Source of the DNA: Desulfobacterales bacterium
GTDB taxonomy: Bacteria; Desulfobacterota; Desulfobacteria; Desulfobacterales; UBA2174
Length of the DNA: 64,000 nt
Direction: 5' to 3'
Assembly (NCBI GenBank): GCA_963668645.2
Contig: CAXXWC010000021.1
Coordinates: forward strand, 800,001 to 864,000
A program made the position numbers and the translations under genes. Positions 52,548-63,623 of this stretch are shown here, piece after piece. The notes under the pieces are model-generated. The model was not told the DNA's origin. It did no database searches and worked only from the letters and a program-made list of their open reading frames with translations. The first letter of the stretch is position 1. Each line of letters starts with the position of its first letter.

Positions 52548-53446
52548 CATCGGCTGCCGCTGCCGGCACCGTAAAGGCCCGCGGGATGCGAAAACGCCGC
52601 CTTCAGGTCGACAACGATATCCTTTGCTCCCGTGGAATCACCTTGTTGTGACGTTGCCCATGTGCAGCGCCATGTTTTCGAGCGGATGCATCACGGCTCT
52701 GCCGGGTTTCCTAAGGTACGGGCCATCGAATGGGAATGAAAACACCGTAAACCCAAGTGAAAAAAGAGATGGAACTCAAAGACGCCATCCGGACCCGCAA
52801 GAGCATCCGGCGCTTTACCGCACGGCCGGTTGCAAAAGAGACCCTGTGCGAAATCCTCCAGCTGGCCTGCCGGGCCCCTTCCGGCAAGAATATTCAACCC
52901 TGGGAGTTTTTCGTGATTGGCGGTAAGACCCTCGACAAGATCCGCGCCGCAAACGTGGTAAAGATCCGCACCTTTCAGATGCCGCCAGAGGAGATGGCCT
53001 ATATCCAGTTCGAACGGCCCAAAGGCAGTGTCTACCGCCAGCGAGAGGTGGAGATTGCCAAGCAGCTCTTCGGCCTGATGGGCATCGCACGCGAAGACAA
53101 GGAAAAGCGCGCCGCTTGGATGGAGCGGGGATTTCGCTACTTCGACGCACCCGCGGCGATCATCGTCGCAGCCGACAAGTCGCTGCCGATTCAGGGCACC
53201 TACCTCGACGTAGGGGCCGTCACCCAGACGATCTGCCTGGCGGCTCTCGAATACGGGCTGCACACCTGCATCGAGAACCAGGGCATCACCTACTCCGACG
53301 TGCTGCGGCAGTACACGCCGATCCCGGACACCAAGCGTCTGGTGGCCGCCATCGCCATCGGGTATCCCGACTGGGACTTTCCGGCCAACCGGGTTGAAAG
53401 TCCGCGCGAGCCCATCGACCGGATGGTCACTTGGTGCGGGCTGTGA
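52523..53446 (+). repeat. Diverged direct repeat, copy 2
   Basis: Aligns with 43894-44841. Confidence 0.88.
52769..53446 (+). CDS. Nitroreductase family protein, copy 2
   Basis: 205/225 aa identical to copy 1 by manual comparison. Confidence 0.92.
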   Translation: MELKDAIRTRKSIRRFTARPVAKETLCEILQLACRAPSGKNIQPWEFFVIGGKTLDKIRAANVVKIRTFQMPPEEMAYIQFERPKGSVYRQREVEIAKQLFGLMGIAREDKEKRAAWMERGFRYFDAPAAIIVAADKSLPIQGTYLDVGAVTQTICLAALEYGLHTCIENQGITYSDVLRQYTPIPDTKRLVAAIAIGYPDWDFPANRVESPREPIDRMVTWCGL

Positions 53447-53760
53447 CCGGCCCCTGAAAAGAGACGGAACATAATCCCTTCGAGGCTCCGATCAGACCCA
53501 GGCCGACCTTGACGGCGCCGGTATTTATGGGCTTTCAGCGGCCGGTACCGTATTTCCAAAACCTATCGGTACGTCCTGAAAATTCGCCGTTCCGGCGGGC
53601 CAACGGTTGACCTTTCCTATCCATTGAAATAACGTCGTATTGAAATCCCATCGGTCTTGATCGAACGTGTGCAAAATGCCATTTGGCTTGCTTGACGGAT
53701 AAGATATCTAACAGCATAGTATACATTGATTTTGATTTGTTTTTAAAAAGCGAGCAAAAA

Positions 53761-55779
53761 GTGAAAATATCAATAATCATTTTCAGCCTGATAATTTCAC
53801 TTATGGCATGGTTATGTCTCACCACCGCAATGGCAAATCCACCAGAAGATCAGTGCCGGTCAAATCCACAACTCGTTAGTGCCATATATAGTTCAGGTGG
53901 AAATTCATATAAAACCACAGAATTTGTTTTAACAAAAAATCGAATTCTAAGGTTGTATGCAATAGGAGAAGGAAATCCATCAAGAATGCTGGTCTACGGT
54001 GGTATCGAAAATAGAGAAACGGGCCAACTGGTTTGGGTGATGGATTTTCTTTCAACTGAGGACATTGATAAAACACGAGAAATCAGAAAAGTGGATCGGC
54101 TTCTGCCCCTTAGAGCTGGAACATACAGGCTGCACTTTAAATCAGACCCGGCAAGCCTCCAAAAAAAATCAATTCAAACAACAACTGGATCACATAACAT
54201 AGGAATATGGCTATTCGATGTAACTGCTCATCATCTAGAACTTTTAGATAATTTCTTGGAAAAAACGACCCATCCTGAAAAATTTGGCTGGTCGAGTATT
54301 AAATTAAGTGAACTGAATCATGAATTGAAAAAGTATGGCACAGACGCATTAATGCTCATCACAGATGGCAAAATAATTTTTGAATACGGCAACACAACCA
54401 ATATCATGCGGTCTCACTCAATGAGAAAGAGCTTGCTAAGTGCTCTATATGGGATATATGTTGCTGAAGGCAAAATTGACTTAAATGCAACACTTGAAAA
54501 GCTTAACATAACTGAATGTATACCTTTGACTATCCGAGAAAAGCAAGCCACTGTCTTGGATCTTATAAAAGCCCGATCCGGCATCTATATTCCGGCTGCT
54601 GCAGAATCATCGTTTATGCGCAAATCCAGACCACAAAGGGGTAGCCATCAACCAAGCACTTTCTGGTATTACAACAACTGGGATTTTAACGTATTAGGAA
54701 CGATATTCCGGCAGGAAACCCGCGAAGATCTTTTTTACGCCTTCAAACGGCGTATTGCAGATCCTATCGGCATGCAGGATTTCATTCTCGGCAGGCAGGC
54801 ATATAGCTATGAGAAAAAGCTTTCACTTCACCCTTCCTATCCATTTCTTATTTCAGCCCGTGATATGGCTAAATTTGGACAACTATTCCTGCAGCAGGGC
54901 AGATGGAACGACAATCAGATCATTCCCCAAAATTGGGTAACGACAAGCACGGCATCATATTCACACACCAATAGATATGGCATTGGCTATGGCTATATGT
55001 GGTGGATACTGACTGAAGATTCTTATGGATTGCAAAAGGGTTCCTACTTTGCCGATGGATATGGAGGTCAAAGGTTGTATGTTATTCCTCACCTAAATTC
55101 GGTCATAGTACATCGCATCAACGTCAAAATACCAGACACAAATATTTTGGTTGCCGACCTTTCCCCAGATGCGGTAATTAAAAGAATCATGAAAGCGTAT
55201 ACTGGCCAAAAAGTTATCCGGGAAAAATCGGTGTTGAGAGAAAAAAAGAACCTCGTTAATGAAAAGCATTTATTGGATACATATGGACGATCGTCTATCT
55301 ATTACGGAAAATCATTTAACAAATTCCGAATATGGCTTTGGGTTTGTGCCATTGTATTATCCAGCAGCCTTGTGATCCGGACAATTATTTATCTTATGCG
55401 GAAAGCCTCTTGTCAACTACGATTTCAAGAGGACAAGAGTTCAAGTAACAGTCTATATACAGTCGTGGTAAAATGGATCACCACAATAGACGGCCTTACA
55501 TGTTCCGTATACATCTGTACGATCCTTACCATTCCACATGCTTTTGAATATTTGGCGATGGTTGGCATGCCAGACGGCTTGGCCTTATATCAAAAAGCCC
55601 TGATACATATTCCGAAGATAGGTGTATTACTGACCACCTTTCTTATGGTTGCCAATATATTTGTATGGGTTAAGCGATATTGGACAGTTCCCGAGAGAAT
55701 CCACTTTGTATTAATAACCACGGCATCTGTCGTTTTCACTTATATAGCTTACGACTTGAATTTGATCATACTAGTGTAG
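53761..55779 (+). CDS. Serine hydrolase (beta-lactamase-like) with extra N-terminal domain and C-terminal TM helices
   Basis: Signal peptide from the GTG, SMRK, YNNWDFN, SARDMAKFG, GYGYMWW, GYGGQ. Confidence 0.87.
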   Translation: MKISIIIFSLIISLMAWLCLTTAMANPPEDQCRSNPQLVSAIYSSGGNSYKTTEFVLTKNRILRLYAIGEGNPSRMLVYGGIENRETGQLVWVMDFLSTEDIDKTREIRKVDRLLPLRAGTYRLHFKSDPASLQKKSIQTTTGSHNIGIWLFDVTAHHLELLDNFLEKTTHPEKFGWSSIKLSELNHELKKYGTDALMLITDGKIIFEYGNTTNIMRSHSMRKSLLSALYGIYVAEGKIDLNATLEKLNITECIPLTIREKQATVLDLIKARSGIYIPAAAESSFMRKSRPQRGSHQPSTFWYYNNWDFNVLGTIFRQETREDLFYAFKRRIADPIGMQDFILGRQAYSYEKKLSLHPSYPFLISARDMAKFGQLFLQQGRWNDNQIIPQNWVTTSTASYSHTNRYGIGYGYMWWILTEDSYGLQKGSYFADGYGGQRLYVIPHLNSVIVHRINVKIPDTNILVADLSPDAVIKRIMKAYTGQKVIREKSVLREKKNLVNEKHLLDTYGRSSIYYGKSFNKFRIWLWVCAIVLSSSLVIRTIIYLMRKASCQLRFQEDKSSSNSLYTVVVKWITTIDGLTCSVYICTILTIPHAFEYLAMVGMPDGLALYQKALIHIPKIGVLLTTFLMVANIFVWVKRYWTVPERIHFVLITTASVVFTYIAYDLNLIILV

Positions 55780-56261
55780 TGAAAATTTTCTGCATCACAT
55801 CCTCGCATTTTAAACTGATTTCAACACCTCGCCTGAAACCTGATTCCGGCCTCGCAAGTCCGCAAATACCATGCCGGACAGATCCCACCACTACACTGAT
55901 TTTCTCGGCGCTGTTCAGCCTTTTGTGATGGCTTGTCCATAGCCCTATGCTATGCTTCGATTCCCCGAAATTGGGGGTCTGATCAAACTTGACACCCATC
56001 CTTTGTGCGAGAGCTGAAGCCGGACACCGTCTTGCGATTGCCCCTTGCCGTGAGCTGATACTTATGCTAATAATTACAATCAGTAACATTGTTCACAGAT
56101 AGGGGATTTGCACTCCATAAAAATCACAGTCGTACAAAATTTGCTGGTCAGGACACGCTAAACGTCCAATTTCATCGCAAAGTAAGTTAATTATATGGAT
56201 TGCGTAGACCTAAAAAAGGATATTGCACGCTTATTATATTTTTTCGATAACAGGTGCTGAC

Positions 56262-58664
56262 ATGATTCGAAAACCAACATATGAAGAACTTGAATGCCGT
56301 ATTCGTGAGCTGGAAAATGCTGAATCCGAAACCAGAAAAATTTTAAACATGCATGATAAATTAAAATTAAACTACCGGGATATATTCGAAGCCATAAACG
56401 ATGCTATTTTCATTCATGACGCTCAAAGCGGACGCATACTCGACGTAAACCAGCGGACGCTGGAAATGTACGGATACTCCAAAGAAGAGATAATTCAATT
56501 GGATGTGGAGGCCCTTAGCCAAGGTATTTCCCCATATGGTAAAGCCGAAGCCAAAAATAATATTCAGAAGGCTGCAAAAGGCGAACCACATCTCTTCGAA
56601 TGGAGGGCCAAGAGGAAAAACGACGATCTGTTTTGGGTTGAGGTAAATTTGAAAATTGTCCCTTTTGAGGGTCAAAAATGCGTCATAGCCATTGTACGTG
56701 ATATAAGCGCTCGCAAGAAGACTGAAGAGGCATTGCGACTTACCCAGTATACCATTGATAAAACCGTTGATCAGGCATTCTGGATGACTGCTGATAGCCA
56801 ACTTTTCTATGTTAACGATGCAGCATGTAAGACACTGGGGTACCCGCGCGAAGAATTGCTTAAATTATCAATACCGGATATCGATCCTTTTGTTTCTTCC
56901 GATGTATTTGCCCGATTTTGGCCCAAGTTAAAGAAAAACGGATCAGATACATTAGAAACTTTTCACCGCACAAAAAACGGCCATATATACCCTGTAGAAA
57001 TCAGAGCCAACTATGTCGTCTTTGACGGCAAGGAATACAACTGTGCCTTCGCAACAGACATCACTGAACGAAAAAGAATGGAGCAATCTTTGAAAGATAG
57101 CGAAGGTTTTCTTCGTGCACTGCTGCAGACAATTCCTTTTTTGATCTGGTTGAAAGATCCAAATGGTGCATTTTTGGCCTGCAACGAAATGTTCGAACGT
57201 TTTATAGGTGCAAAAGAGGAAAATATAGTAGGCAAGACCGATTACGATTTTGTGGAAAAGGATCTGGCGGACTTTTTTCGCGAACAGGATCGCAAGGCTG
57301 TTGCTGCTGGAAAGCCCACGAGCAATGAGGAGTGGGTGACTTTTGCTGCCAGTGGACAACTTGTGCTGTTGGAAACCATGAAGACACCGATGCTCGATGA
57401 TCAGGGAAATCTTGTCGGAGTGTTAGGCATCGCCCATGATATTACCGAGCGCAAGAAAGCCGAAGAGGAAAAAGTCAAACTTAAAGGCCAGCTCCAACAA
57501 GCCCAGAAGATGGAAGCCGTTGGCAGACTGGCTGGCGGAGTTGCTCACGATTTTAACAACATGCTCAGTGTCATCATCGGATATGGTGAACTGGCTCTGG
57601 AGCGGACAGACCATACCGAGCAACTGCGAACTGAGTTACAGGAAATCATGGAAGCGGCCTATCGCTCGGCCGATATTACCCGCCAACTTTTGGCTTTTGC
57701 ACGCAAACAGACAATCTCTCCCAAGGTGCTCGATATCAACAAGACCGTAGAGAGCCTGACAAAAATGCTTCAACGCCTGATTGGGGAGGATATCGAGCTG
57801 GCATGGATGCCGGGTGAGGCTGTTGGGATGACGAAAATAGATCCGGGCCAAGTCGATCAAATCTTGGTCAATCTTTGCCTCAACGCCCGGGATGCCATAA
57901 AGGATGTGGGCAGAATTATTATCGAAACAGGCAACGTTAATTTCGATGAAAACTATTGCAGCCATCATTTTAGATTCATACCCGGAGAATATATACTTCT
58001 GGCAATCAGTGACAACGGTTACGGCATGGACGCCGAAACTCTCGACAATATTTTCGATCCTTTCTTCACGACCAAGGAAGCCGGTAAGGGTACGGGGCTA
58101 GGGTTGGCGATGGTCTACGGTATTGTCAATCAAAACAATGGATTCATAAATGTATGTAGCGAACTTGGCCAGGGATCTTCATTTAAAATCTATCTTCCAC
58201 GGCACCGAGCCGGAGCGCCCGATTTTCTGCCTTCAGAAGGAAATGATTTCAGAGTCCCATGCGGTTGCGAGACGATCCTGCTGGCAGAAGATGAACTTGC
58301 GATACTCAAGATGGCAGTTACGATGCTTGAAAGTCTGGGTTACGCGGTACTGGCAGCCAGAACACCGGGAGAAGCCATTCGCCTCGCCGAGGAGCATGAT
58401 GGCGCGATCGATTTGCTTCTGACCGATGTCGTTATGCCCGAGATGAACGGGAGGTTACTCGTCAAAAAGATCTTGGCTATTCATCCTGATCTTGAATACC
58501 TGTTCATGTCCGGCTATACCGCCAACGTTATAGCCCATCACGGCGTTTTGGATGAAGGCGTAAATTTCATCCAAAAGCCGTTTTCGAAAAATGAGCTTGG
58601 CGCAAAGGTTCGTGAAGCGCTGGACGGGCGTATTCCCTCCAGGCGCAAGTCTCAGTCGATTTAG
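56262..58664 (+). CDS. Hybrid sensor histidine kinase (3 PAS, HisKA, HATPase, REC)
   Basis: KPTYEELE start, [28 protein letters not shown]. Confidence 0.93.
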   Translation: MIRKPTYEELECRIRELENAESETRKILNMHDKLKLNYRDIFEAINDAIFIHDAQSGRILDVNQRTLEMYGYSKEEIIQLDVEALSQGISPYGKAEAKNNIQKAAKGEPHLFEWRAKRKNDDLFWVEVNLKIVPFEGQKCVIAIVRDISARKKTEEALRLTQYTIDKTVDQAFWMTADSQLFYVNDAACKTLGYPREELLKLSIPDIDPFVSSDVFARFWPKLKKNGSDTLETFHRTKNGHIYPVEIRANYVVFDGKEYNCAFATDITERKRMEQSLKDSEGFLRALLQTIPFLIWLKDPNGAFLACNEMFERFIGAKEENIVGKTDYDFVEKDLADFFREQDRKAVAAGKPTSNEEWVTFAASGQLVLLETMKTPMLDDQGNLVGVLGIAHDITERKKAEEEKVKLKGQLQQAQKMEAVGRLAGGVAHDFNNMLSVIIGYGELALERTDHTEQLRTELQEIMEAAYRSADITRQLLAFARKQTISPKVLDINKTVESLTKMLQRLIGEDIELAWMPGEAVGMTKIDPGQVDQILVNLCLNARDAIKDVGRIIIETGNVNFDENYCSHHFRFIPGEYILLAISDNGYGMDAETLDNIFDPFFTTKEAGKGTGLGLAMVYGIVNQNNGFINVCSELGQGSSFKIYLPRHRAGAPDFLPSEGNDFRVPCGCETILLAEDELAILKMAVTMLESLGYAVLAARTPGEAIRLAEEHDGAIDLLLTDVVMPEMNGRLLVKKILAIHPDLEYLFMSGYTANVIAHHGVLDEGVNFIQKPFSKNELGAKVREALDGRIPSRRKSQSI

Positions 58665-58792
58665 ATTACGCAGAGAAGTGTCCGGTTGATAGAGCAGAAT
58701 TTTTCTAAAGCTGGTATCGTCGCGATAGGATATGAGCTGGCTTTTACATGATCCTGCATACAGCCTTAACTGTTGGATGACAGGGAGCAATA

Positions 58793-60388
58793 ATGAAAGA
58801 TAAATATCTGAAAATAACAGATACTAGTAAAATTATTCTTCGATATTTTCTTATTATCTTCTTATCTCTCTGCTTGATCTGGTCTGCCATCACATTTTTT
58901 CTATACCATCTTGAGGCCAGGGCGTTCCTGTTGCAGATAAAAAATAGAGAAAAATCACGTATAGAAGTCCAGAAAGAGATCATCGAGCAAAATTTCATTT
59001 CAATTGCCTCCGATTTAAAGTTTTTGTCAAAGCAAAACGAAATTTTCCAATTTATTGAAACGAATAATACTATTTACAAAGAATTAACAGCAAAAGAATA
59101 TTTGGAGTTTTGCCGCCAAAAAGCGGCATATGACCAGATTCGCTTCATAGACAATTATGGAAACGAAGTTATACGTGTAAATTACAATGCTGGCAATCCT
59201 GACATCGTTCCTGGAAAAATGCTTCAGAATAAAAAAAGTCGTTACTATTTTAAAGAATCATTGGCACTTGAATGCAATAAAATTTTTATCTCATCTTTCG
59301 ATCTAAATATCGAAAACAATAAAATTGAGATGCCTTTAAAACCGATGATTCGCTTTGGAATGCCGCTTTGCGACAATGACGGCAAGAAGCATGGTGTCAT
59401 TGCCCTTAATTATATGGGCATTCGACTTTTAAATTTAATACAATCGGCCAACAAAGAGATTATGCTGACCAATTCGGATGGATACTGGCTACACAGTCCT
59501 ATCCCTGAAGATACATGGGGATTTATGTTAAAAGAAAGACATAATCGTAGATTCTCAACTGATTTTCCGGAAGCGTGGATAACAATTTCATCAGCACCTG
59601 AAAAACAGTTTTATAATGAAAATGGCCTGTTCACTTTTACGACGATATATCCTTCAAAAAAAATTATGGATTCCGGATTAATATCAGATAATCCTGCTAT
59701 AGACACCGAAGAAGAAATCAAATGCAAAGATGATTACTGGAAAATCATATCTTACATCTCAAATGATGTCCTCATTAACAAGACTCGAGGAACCTTATTT
59801 AAATTTTTAATTTTAACAACAATCGTTTTTGTACTCACCAGCATTCCCGCATGGTTCATCACCAAAGAAATTATACGACGCAGGCTTCATCAGCTGGAAA
59901 TGTATGAATTGGCTAATTTTGACAGGTTGACAAGACTTCCGAATCGTGCTCATTTTTTAAAAAATTTAAATCAAATACATTATCAATCTCAGAGATACGG
60001 TCATACCTATGCGTTACTATTCATCGACCTTAATGGCTTTAAGGAAATAAACGATACATTGGGCCATGACGCGGGAGATCAGGTTTTAGTAGAAGTTGGG
60101 AAAAGATTGTCAAAGTGTATCAGACAGTCTGATATGGTTGCACGGCTCGGAGGCGATGAATTTACCATTGTCCTTCCTTTTGTACCATCACCTCATGACG
60201 CCCAAAAAACTATCGAAAAAATATTGAAAGAAATATCTATTCCTTTAATTTTAAATGACTCTCAAAGAGAAATCAGTGCAAGCATCGGATTGAGTTTTTA
60301 TCCTGATGATGGTGATTCAGTCGATGTGTTATTAAAAAAAGCAGATTGCGAAATGTATAAGATAAAAAGAAGCACGAAAAAGGCTTAA
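58793..60388 (+). CDS. Diguanylate cyclase with periplasmic Cache-like sensor
   Basis: Two TM helices, YDQIRFID..KPMIRFG, DRLTRLPNR, RQSD, RLGGDEF. Confidence 0.92.
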   Translation: MKDKYLKITDTSKIILRYFLIIFLSLCLIWSAITFFLYHLEARAFLLQIKNREKSRIEVQKEIIEQNFISIASDLKFLSKQNEIFQFIETNNTIYKELTAKEYLEFCRQKAAYDQIRFIDNYGNEVIRVNYNAGNPDIVPGKMLQNKKSRYYFKESLALECNKIFISSFDLNIENNKIEMPLKPMIRFGMPLCDNDGKKHGVIALNYMGIRLLNLIQSANKEIMLTNSDGYWLHSPIPEDTWGFMLKERHNRRFSTDFPEAWITISSAPEKQFYNENGLFTFTTIYPSKKIMDSGLISDNPAIDTEEEIKCKDDYWKIISYISNDVLINKTRGTLFKFLILTTIVFVLTSIPAWFITKEIIRRRLHQLEMYELANFDRLTRLPNRAHFLKNLNQIHYQSQRYGHTYALLFIDLNGFKEINDTLGHDAGDQVLVEVGKRLSKCIRQSDMVARLGGDEFTIVLPFVPSPHDAQKTIEKILKEISIPLILNDSQREISASIGLSFYPDDGDSVDVLLKKADCEMYKIKRSTKKA

Positions 60389-60543
60389 CGCTGAAAAAGC
60401 CCTTCACAACACTGCTGACACCCTACCCTGAATCAATCCATCATATTGTATTTTGGGATGAATTATCACTTGTGCAACATCGCTAATTATGACACAATTT
60501 TTATGACGGTCAACCTGCATTGTAGGTGATCGTTTCCAGATGA

Positions 60544-60771
60544 TACATTCCGCACGTGAAATCGCGGGGCCAGGAAATTGAGCACAGGAAAAGCGATCCC
60601 TGTTGGCAAGCCCGGCGTTGAGTGCTTGAGGTGAGCCACTCATGGTTTAATCGCTTTCGTAAGATCCTGGTACGCTATGAAAAACGCGCCGATACCCTAC
60701 ATGGCGCTACTACAAATGGTCGCGGCAATCATCGCCTACCGGAAGGTAGGTGTTATATACGGATAAGCACT
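60544..60771 (+). mobile_element. IS5-family transposase C-terminal relic
   Basis: YIPHVKSRGQE..ARR*VLEVSHSWFNRFRKILVRYEK with a nonsense codon and a frameshift; ends ..CGGATAAGCACT. Confidence 0.72.
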
Positions 60772-60814
60772 AAAACGGATTCCGAATGGACCAGACCGCC
60801 GGTCAGACTCCACG

Positions 60815-60963
60815 TCAGGTCGTGGTGTGCAGGCTGTCCATGCCAGCCATAGCCAGCCTGTGGGCAACTGTCCGGGCATCTTCCAAACCAGTGGCACCGC
60901 CTTGGTCCCCGGCCCCGCCATGTGAGAGATGACAGGGAAACCAGGTTCCACTACCTTGCGTAT
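60815..60963 (-). pseudogene. NADH:flavin oxidoreductase (OYE-like) fragment
   Basis: IRKVVEPGFPVI, then after a frameshift GLEDARTVAHRLAMAGMDSLH. Confidence 0.35.
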
Positions 60964-61201
60964 CCTTTCTGTTATCGGTATTTTTTGGGGTTGATTTTTA
61001 GGATAAACATGTGCTTATTTGAACATTAAGCTCATAAAGCATTTGACCAGATCCAACACCACCACGCCTCACTCTGCTGCTGGACGGACCAGGGTTCGAT
61101 TTATCCTGCTCTCAGCTCCCCGGGCATCTTCTTCAGAAAATGGATATAGGGTTTGCATAAAAGAAGACAAACCACAGCAAATGATACCGAGGGGGTGTGT
61201 A

Positions 61202-61558
61202 ATGGAAATTCTAAGAGATCTCCAAAAAGAGCAAGATGACATTTTATCCCATTTAAGCGGCGGATGCTACACAATTGTAGGAAGCCCGATAGATCTCAAG
61301 GTCTGCTATTCTTACAATTCTAAAGACAAATCCGTGACGGTTAAGGTTACTCTGGCCGGAGAAACAATGGGCCGTGCAACATTATCGGCAAGCAAGCCGA
61401 GTGTCGATTTTTCCTTGTCTTTGGTGGTTGTAAAAGCCTCAATTGAACTTAAATTCGAGGTAAGTGATTTGAGCCTCAAATATTCAGCAAAAGCTTGCTA
61501 CTACGCGCCTTTCTCCTGGCATTGTGCGAGTCATCATGGAACAATTGTCAAATTTTAG
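61202..61558 (+). CDS. Hypothetical protein (beta-rich, several Cys)
   Basis: ATG after GAGGGGG; 118 aa; no family recognised. Confidence 0.65.
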   Translation: MEILRDLQKEQDDILSHLSGGCYTIVGSPIDLKVCYSYNSKDKSVTVKVTLAGETMGRATLSASKPSVDFSLSLVVVKASIELKFEVSDLSLKYSAKACYYAPFSWHCASHHGTIVKF

Positions 61559-61850
61559 TTAAAAAACGGCAATACACGTTATTTGTTGATTAATAGCCTT
61601 TGCCTTCTTTTATGCAATTAAAAACTGTTTAAAGATAAATAGAATCACTAATCATCCAGATGAAATATTTAACTTTTTATCCCCATACAACAAAGCATAT
61701 CTTTCTATCTTTTGCGGGAAAAAAAGAAAAACCACTTAGAATACTCGAAAGAAAGGAAGATGGCATAATGACGAACAGGCCCGAAAGAGTGCTGGATTTG
61801 ATTCATGCTTGGCAGATGAATAATTTTGTCCTGCCAAAAAGGAGATCAAA

Positions 61851-63485
61851 ATGAACACCAGACTAACTAGTATCCTTTTTATCTATTTCACGGTATTAAT
61901 TTTCAGCAATGCAAATGCTCAAGAAAAAGAGATTAAAAAAATCCATGTAGACTCGGTTACAGTGTCCAAACATGGAGAAATACCCTTAGCGATGTTCGTT
62001 TATTACACTGACGGAACAGTTAAAAAAAATAAAAGCTTCGATTTCGTAGACATGAAGCCAAAAGGATATGTGAAAGTAACGTTTGGTGGTTTATTCCATG
62101 AAGGCTGGGTAGTAAAAAGGGAATATGGTGTCGATGACACGGATGTTACTTTGTTCTGGACCTATAAAGGGGAAAAAACAATATCCACGGTATTAGTAAG
62201 AGGTAAAGCAATAGGTTTTGATGTCCAGGATGATTTCGGCAACATGCGAATTACCCGTGAAAAAGAATACATGCCTACTGCCTCGGTATTATATTCGGAT
62301 GGAAGTTTACACAAGTATTATTTAGGACAGGACACCTCTGAATTTCAGGCAGATTTAAACAAAATAATGGATAAAGTTATAATCAACAAGGAATATTTGA
62401 AATTCGGCAGAGGTTGGAGCTTTGGGCGCAAGCCTGGCGCAAAAGATGGTGAACTAACGATAGATTTTATATACAAAGAGCATAATACTCTAAAACAGAC
62501 TTCATCTATTCCAGTCCTGGGACAGATATCAAATATCATTGTAAATACAATAGACTCAATCGGGTATAAAACACCCCCAACACCGATCGATTACATTGCA
62601 TATTATACAGACGGGTCTGAATATTCTGGCTCTATGAACAGCGACAACCATCCGGAACTTTTGACTATATTGCCTCCCAATGCACTTAAATTGAATAAGC
62701 CTACCAATTCAGACTGGTATCTCTCAGTTACTCCAAGGAGCCCAACCGGCCTGGTAATGATTGATTGGAGAGTCGTCGACGGTGATACTGCATCTTACTC
62801 GACAAGCATCATGGTTGAAAACGAACCGTATGTAAGTAGAATGGACATTGGAAGTTTACCTTTGGGATATTGCTCACATGTAGCAGAAGAGTTGAAAATA
62901 TCACTATCGTTTAATCAATCCATGAAAACGGATCAACTGCCCGTTATTGAATTTGAAGCTTCGAAAAATAAGTGGACACAGGGCGTAATCAGAAATCCAA
63001 TCTGGTCTGAGGCGATTGTAGGCCTTGAAAATTCAAAATTGGATTGTCATTTGGTTTTGCCCCATGTTCCCGATCAAAAGATTTTCATGCCAATATTCAA
63101 GGTTTCCAGAGCCCAGGGTGCCAATCATACGGGTGAAATGTTTACACACGCTCAAGAGGTCATTATTCCCTACTTGATATTGAAAAAACAAACCAGCAAT
63201 TGGATACTTTTATCAAAATATTCCTTCAATCCCGGAGAAAGAATTTCCGGTAGATTCAACAGGAATATAAAAGAAGGGACGTTTTACCTGGCCGTTTATC
63301 CTGAAGGAGCCACAAATAAAAACTGGCTCTATTTCGGTTACGCACCGGAGTGCTCGAATATTTCTTCGAACGTACCTGACAAACCGGGAAAATATGAATA
63401 TCGACTGATTCAAAGCGTTAAAAATAAAGATGAAACAGTCCTAAAAACCTTGGCTGTAGCCGGATTTGTCGTGAAAGAAAAGTAG
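61851..63485 (+). CDS. Secreted hypothetical protein with repeated Ig-like modules
   Basis: AGGAG RBS, signal peptide ending ANA, recurring YYTDGT/LYSDGS/YYTDGS motif. Confidence 0.8.
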   Translation: MNTRLTSILFIYFTVLIFSNANAQEKEIKKIHVDSVTVSKHGEIPLAMFVYYTDGTVKKNKSFDFVDMKPKGYVKVTFGGLFHEGWVVKREYGVDDTDVTLFWTYKGEKTISTVLVRGKAIGFDVQDDFGNMRITREKEYMPTASVLYSDGSLHKYYLGQDTSEFQADLNKIMDKVIINKEYLKFGRGWSFGRKPGAKDGELTIDFIYKEHNTLKQTSSIPVLGQISNIIVNTIDSIGYKTPPTPIDYIAYYTDGSEYSGSMNSDNHPELLTILPPNALKLNKPTNSDWYLSVTPRSPTGLVMIDWRVVDGDTASYSTSIMVENEPYVSRMDIGSLPLGYCSHVAEELKISLSFNQSMKTDQLPVIEFEASKNKWTQGVIRNPIWSEAIVGLENSKLDCHLVLPHVPDQKIFMPIFKVSRAQGANHTGEMFTHAQEVIIPYLILKKQTSNWILLSKYSFNPGERISGRFNRNIKEGTFYLAVYPEGATNKNWLYFGYAPECSNISSNVPDKPGKYEYRLIQSVKNKDETVLKTLAVAGFVVKEK

Positions 63486-63623
63486 GTCGAAAAACGGCTT
63501 GAATCAGAAAAAGGCGGTCGCTTAGGCAAAATTTTTGATGAGCGGCTATTTTTTAAAAATATTTTATAGATTTTGTTCCATGTAAGCCGCAGCATATAAC
63601 ACAGAAACATGAAAGGAGACATC

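Noticed and set aside
60616..60621. In-frame TGA in the IS5 relic as selenocysteine
   Set aside because: It replaces a conserved Trp (RRW) in a frameshifted pseudogene
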